Of a DNA stretch of 64,000 bases, positions 53,540 to 62,482 are shown piece by piece (the stretch's first letter is position 1; each line of letters begins with the position of its first letter). The translations under genes and the position numbers were made by a program. Origin of the DNA: Arenicellales bacterium (lineage in GTDB: Bacteria; Pseudomonadota; Gammaproteobacteria; Arenicellales; Poriferihabitantaceae); NCBI GenBank assembly GCA_965116335.1, contig OZ220677.1, positions 409,629 through 473,628 on the forward strand. Direction: 5' to 3'. The notes under the pieces are model-generated. The model did no database searches and was not told where the DNA came from. It was given only the letters and a program-made list of their open reading frames with translations.

Positions 53540-55531
53540 ATGAACAACTGGCGCGATACCATCCTGAACGACTTTGTTCCAAAAGTCAGCAAACTAACCC
53601 TGGTTGCTGACCCGGACAGCCTGTTGACCGAAGAGAAATTGGCGCTGGAATTACTCGGACGCGGATTTGATCTGATCGAATTCGACGATCCGGTCGAATT
53701 CCGGTATGCCTGTGAATCAAAATATCGCTCGATCTGGGACCGGGGCGATCATACAGATCGGGTAGTCATTCTTCGCCTGCAGGATAAAGAACTGGATTGC
53801 TTGCCTTACGACCTGTTACAGACGGGAAGGAAACTATCGTTTAATCTGGGCGGTCTTTTCCCCGGCCTGAGCTATTCGGTGGTTGAGGAGCTTGACCTAA
53901 ACTTGCTGGACCAGTTGTATGAGGCTCAGCGCAACTCATCTTCCGACAACATGGGCGACAACGCCACCCGGGATTTCATTCTCCGTTATGTATTCGGTAT
54001 CGCCACAGACCTGATTACCAATGAAGTGGAACTGCTGCGGGCTTTGCTACGACTGCATTACAGGAAAATCCAGATTCCTCTTACCCTGATCCCGCGACTG
54101 ATACAAACAATTCGCAAGCATAGCCGCTTCAAGGGTTGGCCACTGGATGAAATCGTTGCGGACGGCGAGGCGTTTTTTGCCTTTCTCCAGGAGCGCTGGC
54201 CGGTATTTCTGGATAGTCTGGATCAGTCAGGAATGATCAGGGATACCTTTCAACAGGATTGCAAATATCCCGGACCTGATCGGTTGCCGTTCGATCATCA
54301 GGACATCAGGGTTTACATTGACAACCTGTTCATTGAGGGGAAACTGGCTCCGATTCGGGGCGATGGCATCAGGGTGAAAGCCGGTTCCTGGGTTCATTGC
54401 GGCATCGTGCCTGCCGATACGGATAATCAAGAGATGCGCGCCGACCGCTTGTTTGATCATGTTGAGGCAACCCTGCCAACAGAAGAATTCCGACACTCCG
54501 ACTGGATTTCTTTTGCACTGAAATGGGCTGAACTCTCATGCCTGGTTCATTGTGGGAGCAACGCTGAACAACAATCGCGGTTCAGAGATATTGGCGATGC
54601 CATGAATTCTGCGTTTTCCAGGTGGTTAAGTGACCATTATGCCAGCCTGACCAACCTTCCTCCGACCACCCCGGTAATGCTGCACCATGTCGCGCGATGC
54701 CTGGCGCGGGATATAGAAAGATCAGAAAATAATCGTGTCGCCCTGATCGTGATGGATGGTCTGGCTCTTGACCAATGGGTAACTGTCCGCCAGATTCTGA
54801 AACAGCAGGTCGGTAATCTGGTCATGCGTGAATCCGCGACTTTTGCCTGGATTCCAACACTCACCTCAGTATCACGGCAGGCGATATTTGCAGGCAGGAC
54901 GCCACTCTACTTCCCGTCATCCATCCATTCAACCCACCGTGAAGAAAAGCTCTGGAAACAGTTCTGGGAGGGGCACGGCCTTGCCCGCAAGGATATCGCT
55001 TACCAACGGGGTTTGGGTGATGGTGATGTGTCCAGCGTACTGGATGCAGTCATTCATTCCGATAAAACCAGAGTAGTGGGACTGGTAGTGGATAAGGTGG
55101 ACAAGATCATGCACGGCATGCAACTCGGTTCAGTCGGGATGCACAGCCAGATCAAGCTATGGTGTCAGGGCGGTTTTCTTGGCGCCGCAATCAACTATCT
55201 GCTGAGTCATGGATACAGGGTCTGGCTGACGGCTGATCACGGTAATATCGAATGTCACGGTAAAAGCCGCCCATCCGAAGGAGCGATTGCCGAAACTCGT
55301 GGTGAACGGGTGCGTGTTTACCCGACTCCTGAACTGCGTTCACAGATTGCCCGATCATTTTCCTTCGCCCACGAATGGCAGCCGGTTGGCCTGCCACCGG
55401 ATTACTTCCCGCTGGTTGCTGGTGGTCGGGATGCCTTTGCCAAACCCGGAGATTCAATTGTCGGTCATGGTGGCATATCTATCGAAGAAGTCATCGTCCC
55501 CCTTGTGAAATTTGAAAGGACAACACAGTGA
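53540..55531 (+). CDS. pglZ: BREX-3 PglZ (alkaline-phosphatase superfamily)
   Basis: LVADPDSLL, ALIVMDGL, WIPTLTSVSRQAIF, TADHGN, HGGISIEEVIVP. Confidence 0.9.
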   Translation: MNNWRDTILNDFVPKVSKLTLVADPDSLLTEEKLALELLGRGFDLIEFDDPVEFRYACESKYRSIWDRGDHTDRVVILRLQDKELDCLPYDLLQTGRKLSFNLGGLFPGLSYSVVEELDLNLLDQLYEAQRNSSSDNMGDNATRDFILRYVFGIATDLITNEVELLRALLRLHYRKIQIPLTLIPRLIQTIRKHSRFKGWPLDEIVADGEAFFAFLQERWPVFLDSLDQSGMIRDTFQQDCKYPGPDRLPFDHQDIRVYIDNLFIEGKLAPIRGDGIRVKAGSWVHCGIVPADTDNQEMRADRLFDHVEATLPTEEFRHSDWISFALKWAELSCLVHCGSNAEQQSRFRDIGDAMNSAFSRWLSDHYASLTNLPPTTPVMLHHVARCLARDIERSENNRVALIVMDGLALDQWVTVRQILKQQVGNLVMRESATFAWIPTLTSVSRQAIFAGRTPLYFPSSIHSTHREEKLWKQFWEGHGLARKDIAYQRGLGDGDVSSVLDAVIHSDKTRVVGLVVDKVDKIMHGMQLGSVGMHSQIKLWCQGGFLGAAINYLLSHGYRVWLTADHGNIECHGKSRPSEGAIAETRGERVRVYPTPELRSQIARSFSFAHEWQPVGLPPDYFPLVAGGRDAFAKPGDSIVGHGGISIEEVIVPLVKFERTTQ

Positions 55532-56292
55532 CAGGAACCAGGCTCGAAAAGTTAGGCATCAAGCAGACAATCCAGAAGGCATGGATGGATCGTGTTGTAC
55601 AAATGATGCTCGCAGGAATTCCCGAGAAAGAGATAAGAGCCGACCTGGATGAATTCCTCACTACCCGGTTGCAAAGTGGTGGAATCGGGAAACGGGGCAA
55701 AAATACTTACCCGATGGCTATAAGTATCCTCTCTTGCTGGTTTTCTCCCGATACGGATTTGGTCGCATTTCGCGACGATGCCCTGAAACTCGCGGCAACA
55801 TTGGCTCCAGATCAGTGGCTCCCCTTACATTGGGCCGTACTCTCTGCTTCGTATCCATTCTGGTTCAATGTGGCAAAGCAGGCTGGAAGGCTTCTGGGTC
55901 TTCAAGATCAGATAAGGCAAGCCCAGGTATTCGGGCGGTTAAAAGAACAATACGGTGACCGGGAAACCGTGGCTAGAAATGCGAGGTATACGGTGCGCTC
56001 CTTTGTCGCCTGGGGAGTATTACAGGATTCCAGCACCAAAGGTTGTTACGAAAAATCTTCGCCAGTCAATGTGGAGAACCCCGATTTAGCTATTTTGATG
56101 ATTGAATCAGCACTCCATGCTACGCCAGAAGCGGCAGGGACACTGAATCTGTTACTGAACAATCCGGCATTCTTTCCATTCCAGCTTCCGGCCATGACAG
56201 GAAATTTAGTCTCTCAACACAGTAGCCGCATAGAGGTATCTCAATATGTGGATAATGACTTTCTGAAATTGAAGGGGCAAGATAACCGCTGA
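55528..56292 (+). CDS. brxA: BREX-3 terminal gene, BrxA-like
   Basis: Overlaps the pglZ stop (GTGA); LHWAVLSASYPFW, YGDRETVARNARYTVRSFVAWGVL; called mainly from operon position. Confidence 0.65.
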   Translation: MTGTRLEKLGIKQTIQKAWMDRVVQMMLAGIPEKEIRADLDEFLTTRLQSGGIGKRGKNTYPMAISILSCWFSPDTDLVAFRDDALKLAATLAPDQWLPLHWAVLSASYPFWFNVAKQAGRLLGLQDQIRQAQVFGRLKEQYGDRETVARNARYTVRSFVAWGVLQDSSTKGCYEKSSPVNVENPDLAILMIESALHATPEAAGTLNLLLNNPAFFPFQLPAMTGNLVSQHSSRIEVSQYVDNDFLKLKGQDNR

Positions 56293-56362
56293 CGATGCGC
56301 CGCGTCATCTGCCTGTCGAGCTTGCGAAGCTGTTTTCTGGCCGTGTCGGTATACTCAATCGT

Positions 56363-57565
56363 TCAGACCGCTGCGCTAACTTCGTTCACAGCATCAAGCA
56401 ACGGCATGGCCTCTATACCATTTCGCATAGGGAACGAATGCTTTCCCTTGTGTACCAGAATCCGCCGCTCCGCTCCAATATCGTTTGCCGCATTGTGAAA
56501 CCCCCGCTCAGTGGTGGGAGCGCTCGACAGTTTAATCTCGACCGCCCAGTGCTTGCCCGGAGCAAATTCCAGTACCAGATCAATTTCAGCACCTGCGCTT
56601 GTACGATAAAAGTATGGCCTCGCCCGACCGGAGGAAGCGTTTACGAGATTCTCAATGACAAACCCCTCCCAACTCTTGCCTGCCACCGAGTGCGACAGGA
56701 TATCGTCCAGGGTACGCAAGCTCAGAAGTGCGTGCAGGATACCGCTGTCACGCACATAAGGCCGTGGCGACTTGACAAGACGTTTACCTGTGTTGGCATA
56801 CCAGGGCTGTAGCAGGCGAATCAAAAGCAATCGTTGCAGGGCATCCAGATAATGGACAACGGTTTTCCCGCTCACACCCAGGGATCGCGCGTAACGTTGT
56901 GCATTGAATAATTCGCCTTGATCATTAGCAATCATGCGCCACAACCGATCCATGCGATCAGTTGCAACCTGAATACCAAATTGTGGAAGATCACGCTCCA
57001 GATAAGTCTGGATGAAATCAGAACGCCACTGCAAACTCACACCCTGATCGGTGCGAAGATAACTGGACGGGAAACCACCCTGCAACCACAGGCGATCCAA
57101 CTCCATTGCCGCCATGTCCGGGGAGACGACACTCTGATTACAAGCCTCCCGTATCGTGATCGGTGCCAGTTCCACATAACTGATGCGCCCCGCCAGACTT
57201 TCCGACGACTGGCGCAGCAGGTCCACCGACGCTGACCCCAGGATCAGAAACTTTCCTCCCTCCCTGCCCAATCGGCGACGTTCATCAATCTGCCCCCTGA
57301 GAACCTGGAATATCTCAGGGACACGGTGTATCTCATCCAGAACGATGAGCTGGCCGGCATGGCTTGACAGGTATGCAACCGGATCATCCAGCAGGCGTCG
57401 ATCTGCAGGATTCTCAAGATCCAGATATTTCGCTCCACTGTCCCATTGGGCCGCGACCTGATGTGCCAGCGTAGTCTTACCCACCTGCCGTGGGCCAATT
57501 AACGCTACACTATCAAAATGCGTTAAGCGGGTTTGTACAATATGATGGGCTTCTCGTGATAGCAT
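56363..57565 (-). CDS. AAA_14-type ATP-binding protein with DUF4143-like C-terminus
   Basis: GPRQVGKTT, VLDEIH, LGSAS, ESLAGR, GGFP, KRLVKSP, EIDLV...VEIK. Confidence 0.88.
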   Translation of the reverse strand: MLSREAHHIVQTRLTHFDSVALIGPRQVGKTTLAHQVAAQWDSGAKYLDLENPADRRLLDDPVAYLSSHAGQLIVLDEIHRVPEIFQVLRGQIDERRRLGREGGKFLILGSASVDLLRQSSESLAGRISYVELAPITIREACNQSVVSPDMAAMELDRLWLQGGFPSSYLRTDQGVSLQWRSDFIQTYLERDLPQFGIQVATDRMDRLWRMIANDQGELFNAQRYARSLGVSGKTVVHYLDALQRLLLIRLLQPWYANTGKRLVKSPRPYVRDSGILHALLSLRTLDDILSHSVAGKSWEGFVIENLVNASSGRARPYFYRTSAGAEIDLVLEFAPGKHWAVEIKLSSAPTTERGFHNAANDIGAERRILVHKGKHSFPMRNGIEAMPLLDAVNEVSAAV

Positions 57566-57571
57566 CCTTGT

Positions 57572-57600
57572 ATTTTAGGACTGTGACTTCCATTTTACAA
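57572..57600 (-). promoter_or_regulatory. Sigma70-like promoter just upstream of the AAA_14 start codon (probably leaderless)
   Basis: Minus strand TTGTAA-17 nt-TAAAAT-ACAAGG-ATG, bracketed by the inverted repeat CCTTGTA...TACAAGG. Confidence 0.55.
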
Positions 57601-57620
57601 GGTTAAAACAGCCCAACACA

Positions 57621-58022
57621 CAGGCGTCTACGCAAAAGTAGAAGTCAAACCCTGGAAGAAAGTATTACCCTGATGGGTTAAAAGGCCACTCCATCAAGCC
57701 GAGGGCAGGCTCTTGTATCGCGGACCTCTCTCAATGGTGATTGGATGTTGATTGCTGCCCGAACCATCATCGTAGGGGAGGGTCTCCGTGCCCTCCCGCA
57801 ACCGCCGGAGCAGGTATCAACGATAGCGGGCACCCACAGAGGGGCGCCCCTACGCATCGGTAATTGCAGCATCCGTATTGTTGTGGATTCCCGTTTTCAC
57901 GGGAATGACGGAATGATTACCAACCCGTCATTAACATCATTCCCCCCTTGAGGGGGAATCACATCGCGCAGACCGCGGGTGTGATGGTGGGAAACAACCG
58001 CCGGAACAGGAATCAACAATAC
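57621..58022 (+). repeat. Direct repeat, right copy (orphan yciI 3' fragment plus REP-like palindromes)
   Basis: Begins CAGGCGTCTACGCAAAAGTAGAAGTCAAACCCTGGAAGAAAGTATTACCCTGA, identical to the last 53 nt of yciI. Confidence 0.95.
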
Positions 58023-58034
58023 TGAATGATTGTA

Positions 58035-58667
58035 TCAGGCAGTGATAACCAGCACTCGTGAATCAATCCCCTGATTCTCGATATATCCGGCCCGGCGAAC
58101 CTGATTGATCGTGAAGTCATGGCGCTCCGCCTCTCGGTACACTTCCGGCTCCAGGTTGAGGTCGCGCCAGGCGGCACCGTTGACCGTGATCACGCAAGTA
58201 GCTCCCGGACGAGCGCAACGCACCACATTGTGCATGTCCGTGATCTTTGGCACTGCATACGAGAACATACCGACACACAATACCGCATCATAGAGTTTCT
58301 CCAGCCTGGCCGGCCTGGTGAAATCATGTTGCCATGTGGAACGATACAGACCGCGCTGACTGGCAACCTCCATCATTTTCGTGGACAGATCGGTGCCATC
58401 GACATGCAGGTATCCATGTCGTTGCAAATACGCTCCCGCCAGACCGGTGCCACAAGCCACATCCAGAATACGGGCTGAACGATCAGTCACGGCCTCCATG
58501 AAAATATCACCGGCCTCACTGAACGCGACATACCCCAGATCATCCACCAGGTCGGAGTCATACGTCTGCGCCCACTCATCATACTGCTGTTCCTTGTTTT
58601 CCGTCCGCCCGTAAACCGCTGCCAGACGCTCATCGAACCGCTCCAGGTTTGGATTATCTTCAGTCAT
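58035..58667 (-). CDS. Class I SAM-dependent methyltransferase
   Basis: YDEWAQTYD, ILDVACGTG, GTDLS, YDAVLCVG. Confidence 0.85.
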   Translation of the reverse strand: MTEDNPNLERFDERLAAVYGRTENKEQQYDEWAQTYDSDLVDDLGYVAFSEAGDIFMEAVTDRSARILDVACGTGLAGAYLQRHGYLHVDGTDLSTKMMEVASQRGLYRSTWQHDFTRPARLEKLYDAVLCVGMFSYAVPKITDMHNVVRCARPGATCVITVNGAAWRDLNLEPEVYREAERHDFTINQVRRAGYIENQGIDSRVLVITA

Positions 58668-58679
58668 TTCTCCTCTCCC

Positions 58680-59927
58680 CTACAACCCAGTCGCCATGCG
58701 CTGGGCAATCGCCTTATCTATCAAGTGCTGTACGGTCTCCATCACATGGATAAACTCGAATTTTTGCATAAACAGAACCGGGCCCACTTCAACAAATAAT
58801 TTGCCAAACACTTCATCAGCAAAACTGGACGATATAATTGGAATACCCTCCATATCTATATAGATTTTCTCCCCATAGCACTGCATCTTGAACAGATTCA
58901 TCAATTTGATTCTGACAGGCTTACCAGCCACCCTGCTGCCAAAGCTGGGAGATTCTTCCAGTAACTTGAAACGGATATTCCCATCTTCACTCTTTTCGTA
59001 TTCTGTCTCAACAAAATCAACAGGAGTATATTGCCTGTTGCGAAAGCGAAGTGCCTCCCTCAATAATCCAGGCTCCGAAAAACCTATAGTCGCGGTGATC
59101 AAGGTGCCACTATACGGAATGTTTTGATTCCTGACAGAAAATTTTTTATTTGTTGTGTATTCCAAACGGGCATGCCCAGAATCAACGCTGAAAAACCCTT
59201 TGGATTGACTACAAATCTGATAGCTGCCAAAAAGGCCATTACCCTGCCCTATGGTCTGGTCTCGTGTTACTCCTTCTTTAATTGCATACTCCAGAGCTTC
59301 CGTATCCGTGCTGATGTGCGAGTGACCTTCTTTCAGAGATGCCGGGATTCCGATACCTGCATCGGCGACTACAAACTGGACTTTTTTCGCACCTCTTTGA
59401 AAGGTGGAAACCTGTACAAGACCACCAATGGCAGATTGAGAGTGCATCAGGACATTATCAGTCAATTCATTGATTGCCCATTCAAATGCAGCAAAATCAA
59501 TGCGTTGCATTTCTGGTATTGCTCCTAAAATGACATTCACAATTTTGTTTACCACAGCATGTTGATCTTCCGGTGTTTTATATTGGGTAGCAGGAATGCT
59601 GGTGTATCCTCTAAAAGAAGAAGGAGTAAATTGACGAGGATCGAGCAAATGATTCCAGTTCGCATTCTGGAACAGTCTGCCAAGCCTTTTGTCCTCGGGA
59701 GGAATAAAAGTGAAATCAATTCCAGACTCCCGACATCTCAGTACCTGGGCACATAGAGCAAGCACAGAATTCTGGAATGCCAAAGTACATTTTGAAAAGT
59801 CCAGTCGCAGGTCTTTGTATTCAGCGCGCTCGATCGCTACATGTACTTCAGAAAGCAGCTTATGGAACCCGGAAAGCTCGCCAGTTACTCCAATAACATT
59901 CCCGTCCCTGATTACGTCCCCATTCAT
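58680..59927 (-). CDS. STAS-like + HATPase + DUF4325/STAS-like multidomain protein
   Basis: N-terminal LRLDFSKC, N-box INELTDNVLMHS, G1 VADAGIGI, G2 GQGNGL, C-terminal IDMEGIPIISSSFADEVFGKL; AT-rich. Confidence 0.75.
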   Translation of the reverse strand: MNGDVIRDGNVIGVTGELSGFHKLLSEVHVAIERAEYKDLRLDFSKCTLAFQNSVLALCAQVLRCRESGIDFTFIPPEDKRLGRLFQNANWNHLLDPRQFTPSSFRGYTSIPATQYKTPEDQHAVVNKIVNVILGAIPEMQRIDFAAFEWAINELTDNVLMHSQSAIGGLVQVSTFQRGAKKVQFVVADAGIGIPASLKEGHSHISTDTEALEYAIKEGVTRDQTIGQGNGLFGSYQICSQSKGFFSVDSGHARLEYTTNKKFSVRNQNIPYSGTLITATIGFSEPGLLREALRFRNRQYTPVDFVETEYEKSEDGNIRFKLLEESPSFGSRVAGKPVRIKLMNLFKMQCYGEKIYIDMEGIPIISSSFADEVFGKLFVEVGPVLFMQKFEFIHVMETVQHLIDKAIAQRMATGL

Positions 59928-60203
59928 AATAATTTCTCTCGCCTTCCGTTCATTACCAAGTGTATCATCAAGTCACTTGGTTGCCACTCTCGTTTAATAT
60001 CCTGCATCAATTCAAGAGCATTGTCAAAGAGAAGCTGGCAGGGCTGGCTGAATGGACATCAGGAGCGAAGCCACTCATCGGTCGGTCGGGCCCGCTCCTG
60101 CTTCTACAACGTATTCACCACTTCTCAATCGTGTTGTCAAAGGACGGGGTCGAACAGGTCAATGTGTATCTGTTTCTGTTGATGGCACGTTGGTCACGAC
60201 AGC

Positions 60204-60272
60204 CGTAGCGAACCGGCTCTACCCATCGGTAATTGCGGATTCCGTATGGTTATGGATTCCCGTTTCCCGTTC
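60204..60272 (+). repeat. Degenerate partial copy of the palindromic dispersed repeat
   Basis: CATCGGTAATTGCGGATTCCGTATGGTTATGGATTCCCGTTTCCCG resembles CATCGGTAATTGCAGCATCCGTATTGTTGTGGATTCCCGTTTTCACG (from 57855); preceded by GTAG...CTAC. Confidence 0.65.
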
Positions 60273-60321
60273 GGATCCGGGGAGTGTCTTTGCAATCGTG
60301 TAAAAATCCTGTTAAAAATCC

Positions 60322-60350
60322 TTGATTGGTAATCGCTGTAGCATTAGAAT
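60322..60350 (+). promoter_or_regulatory. Sigma70 promoter of the tRNA-Ala/Glu operon
   Basis: TTGATT-17 nt-TAGAAT, GC-rich discriminator ACGCCAC, upstream A-tracts (TAAAAATCC x2). Confidence 0.7.
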
Positions 60351-60363
60351 ACGCCACCTCTTC

Positions 60364-60439
60364 GGGGCCATAGCTCAGCTGGGAGAGCGCAACACTGGCA
60401 GTGTTGAGGTCGGCGGTTCGATCCCGCCTGGCTCCACCA
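60364..60439 (+). tRNA. tRNA-Ala(GGC)
   Basis: GGGGCCATAGCTCAGCTGGGAGAGCGCAACACT-GGC-AGTGTTGAGGTCGGCGGTTCGATCCCGCCTGGCTCCACCA. Confidence 0.97.
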
Positions 60440-60516
60440 GCTTCCTGGCGGGTGATCCCCGACCCTGGTTCTTGAAGAGATAAGCGACTGGTATTTCCAG
60501 TCGAGGCAATCTTGTT

Positions 60517-60593
60517 GTCCCCATCGTCTAGTCGGCCTAGGACATCGCCCTTTCACGGCGGCAACAGGGGTTCGAATCCCCTTGGGGACGCCA
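60517..60593 (+). tRNA. tRNA-Glu(TTC)
   Basis: GTCCCCATCGTCTAGTCGGCCTAGGACATCGCCCT-TTC-ACGGCGGCAACAGGGGTTCGAATCCCCTTGGGGACGCCA. Confidence 0.97.
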
Positions 60594-60660
60594 CTTGCAA
60601 TGAAATGCCCGCTATGGATAGCCGGGTGTTTCCTGCATACAGGTCAGTCAGTCTGGCCGA

Positions 60661-61971
60661 TCAGGACAGCCGCTCCAGGCGTATTCGATTGATCCGGCCC
60701 TTCACGGTATCCAGTTTTTCCACTTCCCTGAGTGCTTGATTCAGATTTCCCTCCAGAGTTTCCTGAGTCAGGAAAATGATGTTGACATCCTCATCCTTGC
60801 GACCACTGCCTTTCTGCACCACAGAATCAATACTGATTCCGCTTTGTCCGAACAGGGTCGCGATGGATGCCATCACGCCGGGGCGGTTGACCACAGACAT
60901 CCGCAAATAATAAGAAGTCCGAACCTCCGCCATATCGAGTATGGGAAGATCAAGCATCGAATCCGGCTGAAACGCGAGATGCGGAACCCGGTTTCCAGGG
61001 TCCGTGGTGATCATCCTGACCACATCAATCAGATCAGCCACCACCGCAGAGGCCGTCGGCTCCGAACCGGCACCCGCTCCATAATAAAGGGTCGGGCCCA
61101 CCGCGTCCGACTGTACCAGCACGGCGTTCATCACTCCGTTCACATTCGCGATCAATCGTCTGTCCGGGATCAGGGTCGGATGTACACGCAACTCCACCCC
61201 TTTGTCCGTCTTTCTGGCAACCCCCAGGTGTTTGATGCGGTAGCCCAGCTCCTCAGCCCAGGCGATATCCTCCACGGTAACGCTGGCAATGCCCTCAATA
61301 CAGACCTTGTCGAACTGCAATGAAATGCCAAACGCGATGGATGCCAGGATGGTCAGTTTATGTGCCGCGTCAACACCTTCCACATCAAACGCCGGATCCG
61401 CTTCTGCATAGCCCAACTCTTGCGCCTCGGACAATACCTCATCAAAATCCCTGCCGCTTTGGGACATTTGCGTCAGGATATAATTTGAAGTGCCGTTGAT
61501 GATGCCGGCGAGCCACTCGATGCGGTTGGCGGACAACCCTTCCCGAATCGACTTGATGATCGGAATACCACCTGCCACCGCCGCTTCGAACGCCACCATC
61601 ACGCCTTTGCGCTGCGCTTTTTCAAACAGGATATTGCCGCAAGTAGCGATCAGCGCCTTGTTGGCGGTCACCAGGTGCTTGCCATTGTCGAGTGCCTGCA
61701 TACAGGCTTCCAGGACTGCATCACTCCCGCCCGCCACTTCAACCACCACCTGAATATCCGGGTGATTGACTATTTCTGACATATCTTCCGTCAGGTAAAG
61801 TCCGCTGGTATCCACCTCACGTGGTTTGGAGAGGTCACGGACAGCCGCGCCAATCACTCTGATTTCCCGCCCGGCGCGGCGCGAAATCTCCTCGGCATTG
61901 CGTTGCAGCACAAGAAGTGTGCCACTCCCTACCGTACCCAATCCAATCAGACCGATGTTTACTGCATTCAT
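60661..61971 (-). CDS. hom: Homoserine dehydrogenase
   Basis: GLGTVGSG, VTANKALIA, FEAAVAGGIP, GIINGTSNYIL, C-terminal ACT domain. Confidence 0.97.
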   Translation of the reverse strand: MNAVNIGLIGLGTVGSGTLLVLQRNAEEISRRAGREIRVIGAAVRDLSKPREVDTSGLYLTEDMSEIVNHPDIQVVVEVAGGSDAVLEACMQALDNGKHLVTANKALIATCGNILFEKAQRKGVMVAFEAAVAGGIPIIKSIREGLSANRIEWLAGIINGTSNYILTQMSQSGRDFDEVLSEAQELGYAEADPAFDVEGVDAAHKLTILASIAFGISLQFDKVCIEGIASVTVEDIAWAEELGYRIKHLGVARKTDKGVELRVHPTLIPDRRLIANVNGVMNAVLVQSDAVGPTLYYGAGAGSEPTASAVVADLIDVVRMITTDPGNRVPHLAFQPDSMLDLPILDMAEVRTSYYLRMSVVNRPGVMASIATLFGQSGISIDSVVQKGSGRKDEDVNIIFLTQETLEGNLNQALREVEKLDTVKGRINRIRLERLS

Positions 61972-61997
61972 GGCGAATGATTTATAATATTGGTGAA

Positions 61998-62375
61998 ATG
62001 AAACTTCATCTTGGCAATCCTGACGAAAATCACCTGATAAAAAGCTGCGAAAAACACGGAGAAGGTTACCAGATCAGGATTGGCGATACCCTTTATACAA
62101 GCAGCCTGATAATAACATCTGAAAAACTGGAATTGTGGCCCGTTCATCAGGTTTCTGATCTTGCGACAGAAGATTTTTCCCGGCTGGCCGGGTTTGGCAG
62201 TGAAGTCGTCCTGCTTGGCACCCGATCCAGATTGGTCTTCCCGCACCCGCGCCTGACCCGACCACTGATTGAGTTGGGCATCGGCCTTGAGGTCATGGAT
62301 ACGCCAGCAGCCTGCCGAACCTGGAATATCCTGCTCAGTGATGGACGCAACGCCGCCATCGGACTGATTTTATGA
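61998..62375 (+). CDS. Mth938-like (DUF498) protein
   Basis: EVVLLGT, GIGLEVMDTPAACRTWNILLSDGR. Confidence 0.88.
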   Translation: MKLHLGNPDENHLIKSCEKHGEGYQIRIGDTLYTSSLIITSEKLELWPVHQVSDLATEDFSRLAGFGSEVVLLGTRSRLVFPHPRLTRPLIELGIGLEVMDTPAACRTWNILLSDGRNAAIGLIL

Positions 62376-62482
62376 GCACCACCCTGTGAGTCGAATTCAT
62401 TAAATAACGTTAAGTTATGGAACTATCCCGCCGCGCCGCTTTCTATCAGTCAAGTACTCAATACAACACAATACCTGTTATC

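Larger units (their letters stand above)
41603..57620. mobile_element. BREX type 3 defence island between direct repeats; no integrase inside
   Basis: Nine defence-type ORFs bounded by a duplicated yciI 3' end. Confidence 0.75.

Noticed and set aside
53444-53543. Possible brxHII deletion scar (short frame MATQIAEVLGATQ* overlapping the pglZ start)
   Set aside because: Too short to assign without an alignment; kept only as a test under the BREX finding.
41202-58022. CRISPR array interpretation of the palindromic repeats
   Set aside because: No regularly spaced identical repeats with unique spacers, and no cas genes in the window.
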